Below, in pieces: positions 17,820 to 18,361 of a DNA stretch of 18,361 bases. Made by a program: the position numbers and the translations under genes. The stretch's first letter is position 1, and every line of letters starts with the position of its first letter. Below the pieces are notes generated by a model, which had not been told where the DNA came from, ran no database searches, and saw only the letters and a program-made list of their open reading frames with translations. The stretch spans positions 1 to 18,361 of the forward strand of contig NW_021824197.1 in the NCBI RefSeq assembly GCF_006345805.1. Reading direction: 5' to 3'. Source of the DNA: Octopus sinensis. Taxonomy: Eukaryota.

Positions 17820-18022
17820 TATGTGTGTGTGTGTGTGTTTGTATGTGTAATTTTATGTGTTTATGTATAAAATTATATATATATGAATATATACATATGT
17901 ATACAATACACACACACACATATATATATACACACACATATATATATATATATACATATATATACATATATATATATACATATATATGTACATATATACA
18001 TATATATATACATATATATGTG
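17820..18022. repeat. Compound (TG)/(TA)/(CA) tract
   Basis: Direct inspection. Confidence 0.93.
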
Positions 18023-18180
18023 TTTTAGTCGAACAAGTCGACCCCAGGAGAAGTTCTTTATGAGCCTAGTACTTATTCTATATCGGTCTCTTTTGCCGGA
18101 CAACTTTTACGAGGATGTAAACACACCAGTATAGGTTGCCAAGTCTCGGTTGGTGGACAAACACAGGCACATAGACAAAC
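18023..18180 (-). mobile_element. Diverged SINE 3'-part fragment
   Basis: GTCGACCCCAG and AGTACTTATTCTAT resemble the GTCGACCCC/GTACTT(A)ATTTATCG blocks of the SINE at 16790-17025; family assignment partly from recall. Confidence 0.5.
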
Positions 18181-18192
18181 ACGTAAATATAT

Positions 18193-18361
18193 AGAAAATG
18201 GGACAAGAACGCAAAACATTCAGAAAGACGATACATAGAAAACAAGGACGGGTCATTCGAAGCTTTTTTTCCTCAGTCGAGTTCCAGATTATCTTTGCAA
18301 TTTCGGCTGGTTATGCGCGAGATTGCTCCAATCTGGCCAGCCTGAAGGAAAAACGAATAAG
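18193..18361. mobile_element. Interspersed repeat homologous to 1848-2062 (runs off the window)
   Basis: See 1848-2062; both copies begin immediately after a (TA)n run. Confidence 0.6.

Noticed and set aside
18245-18280. Minus-strand CTGAGGA...GAAT hammerhead-like core (CTGAAGA in the homologue near 1970)
   Set aside because: No GAAA, no closing stem II, and the homologous copy lacks the second half.

Overview
Eukaryotic, almost entirely repeat-derived and microsatellite-rich DNA. The SINE families and repeat style resemble what I recall of coleoid cephalopod (Octopus-like) genomes; this taxon assignment is inferred and was not checked. No complete host gene is present; one 105-nt candidate exon lies on the minus strand (10743-10847). 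Contents: (1) a full-length decayed cecropia-type mariner (22-1533) carrying a 231-bp inverted copy of its own 3' transposase region; (2) a 5.3-kb composite (4341-9671) bounded on both sides by (ATT)n, made of a ~546-bp non-coding element, a 288-bp re-copy of its end, a 28-monomer 139-bp tandem array derived from the same end, three 14-bp stutters, and a 5'-truncated R4/Dong-like RLE LINE 3' end; (3) two minimal hammerhead-ribozyme-like motifs associated with Penelope-like sequence, both with a U4C core (CCGANGA) and a palindromic helix III (1659-1693 minus, 15331-15393 plus); (4) Penelope-like (Naiad-like) RT/GIY-YIG remnants; (5) tRNA-derived SINEs, two with visible TSDs; (6) a mellifera-type mariner split by nested insertions; (7) large di-, tri- and tetranucleotide tracts that account for most long ORFs in the ORF track. 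All alignments and counts were done by eye.
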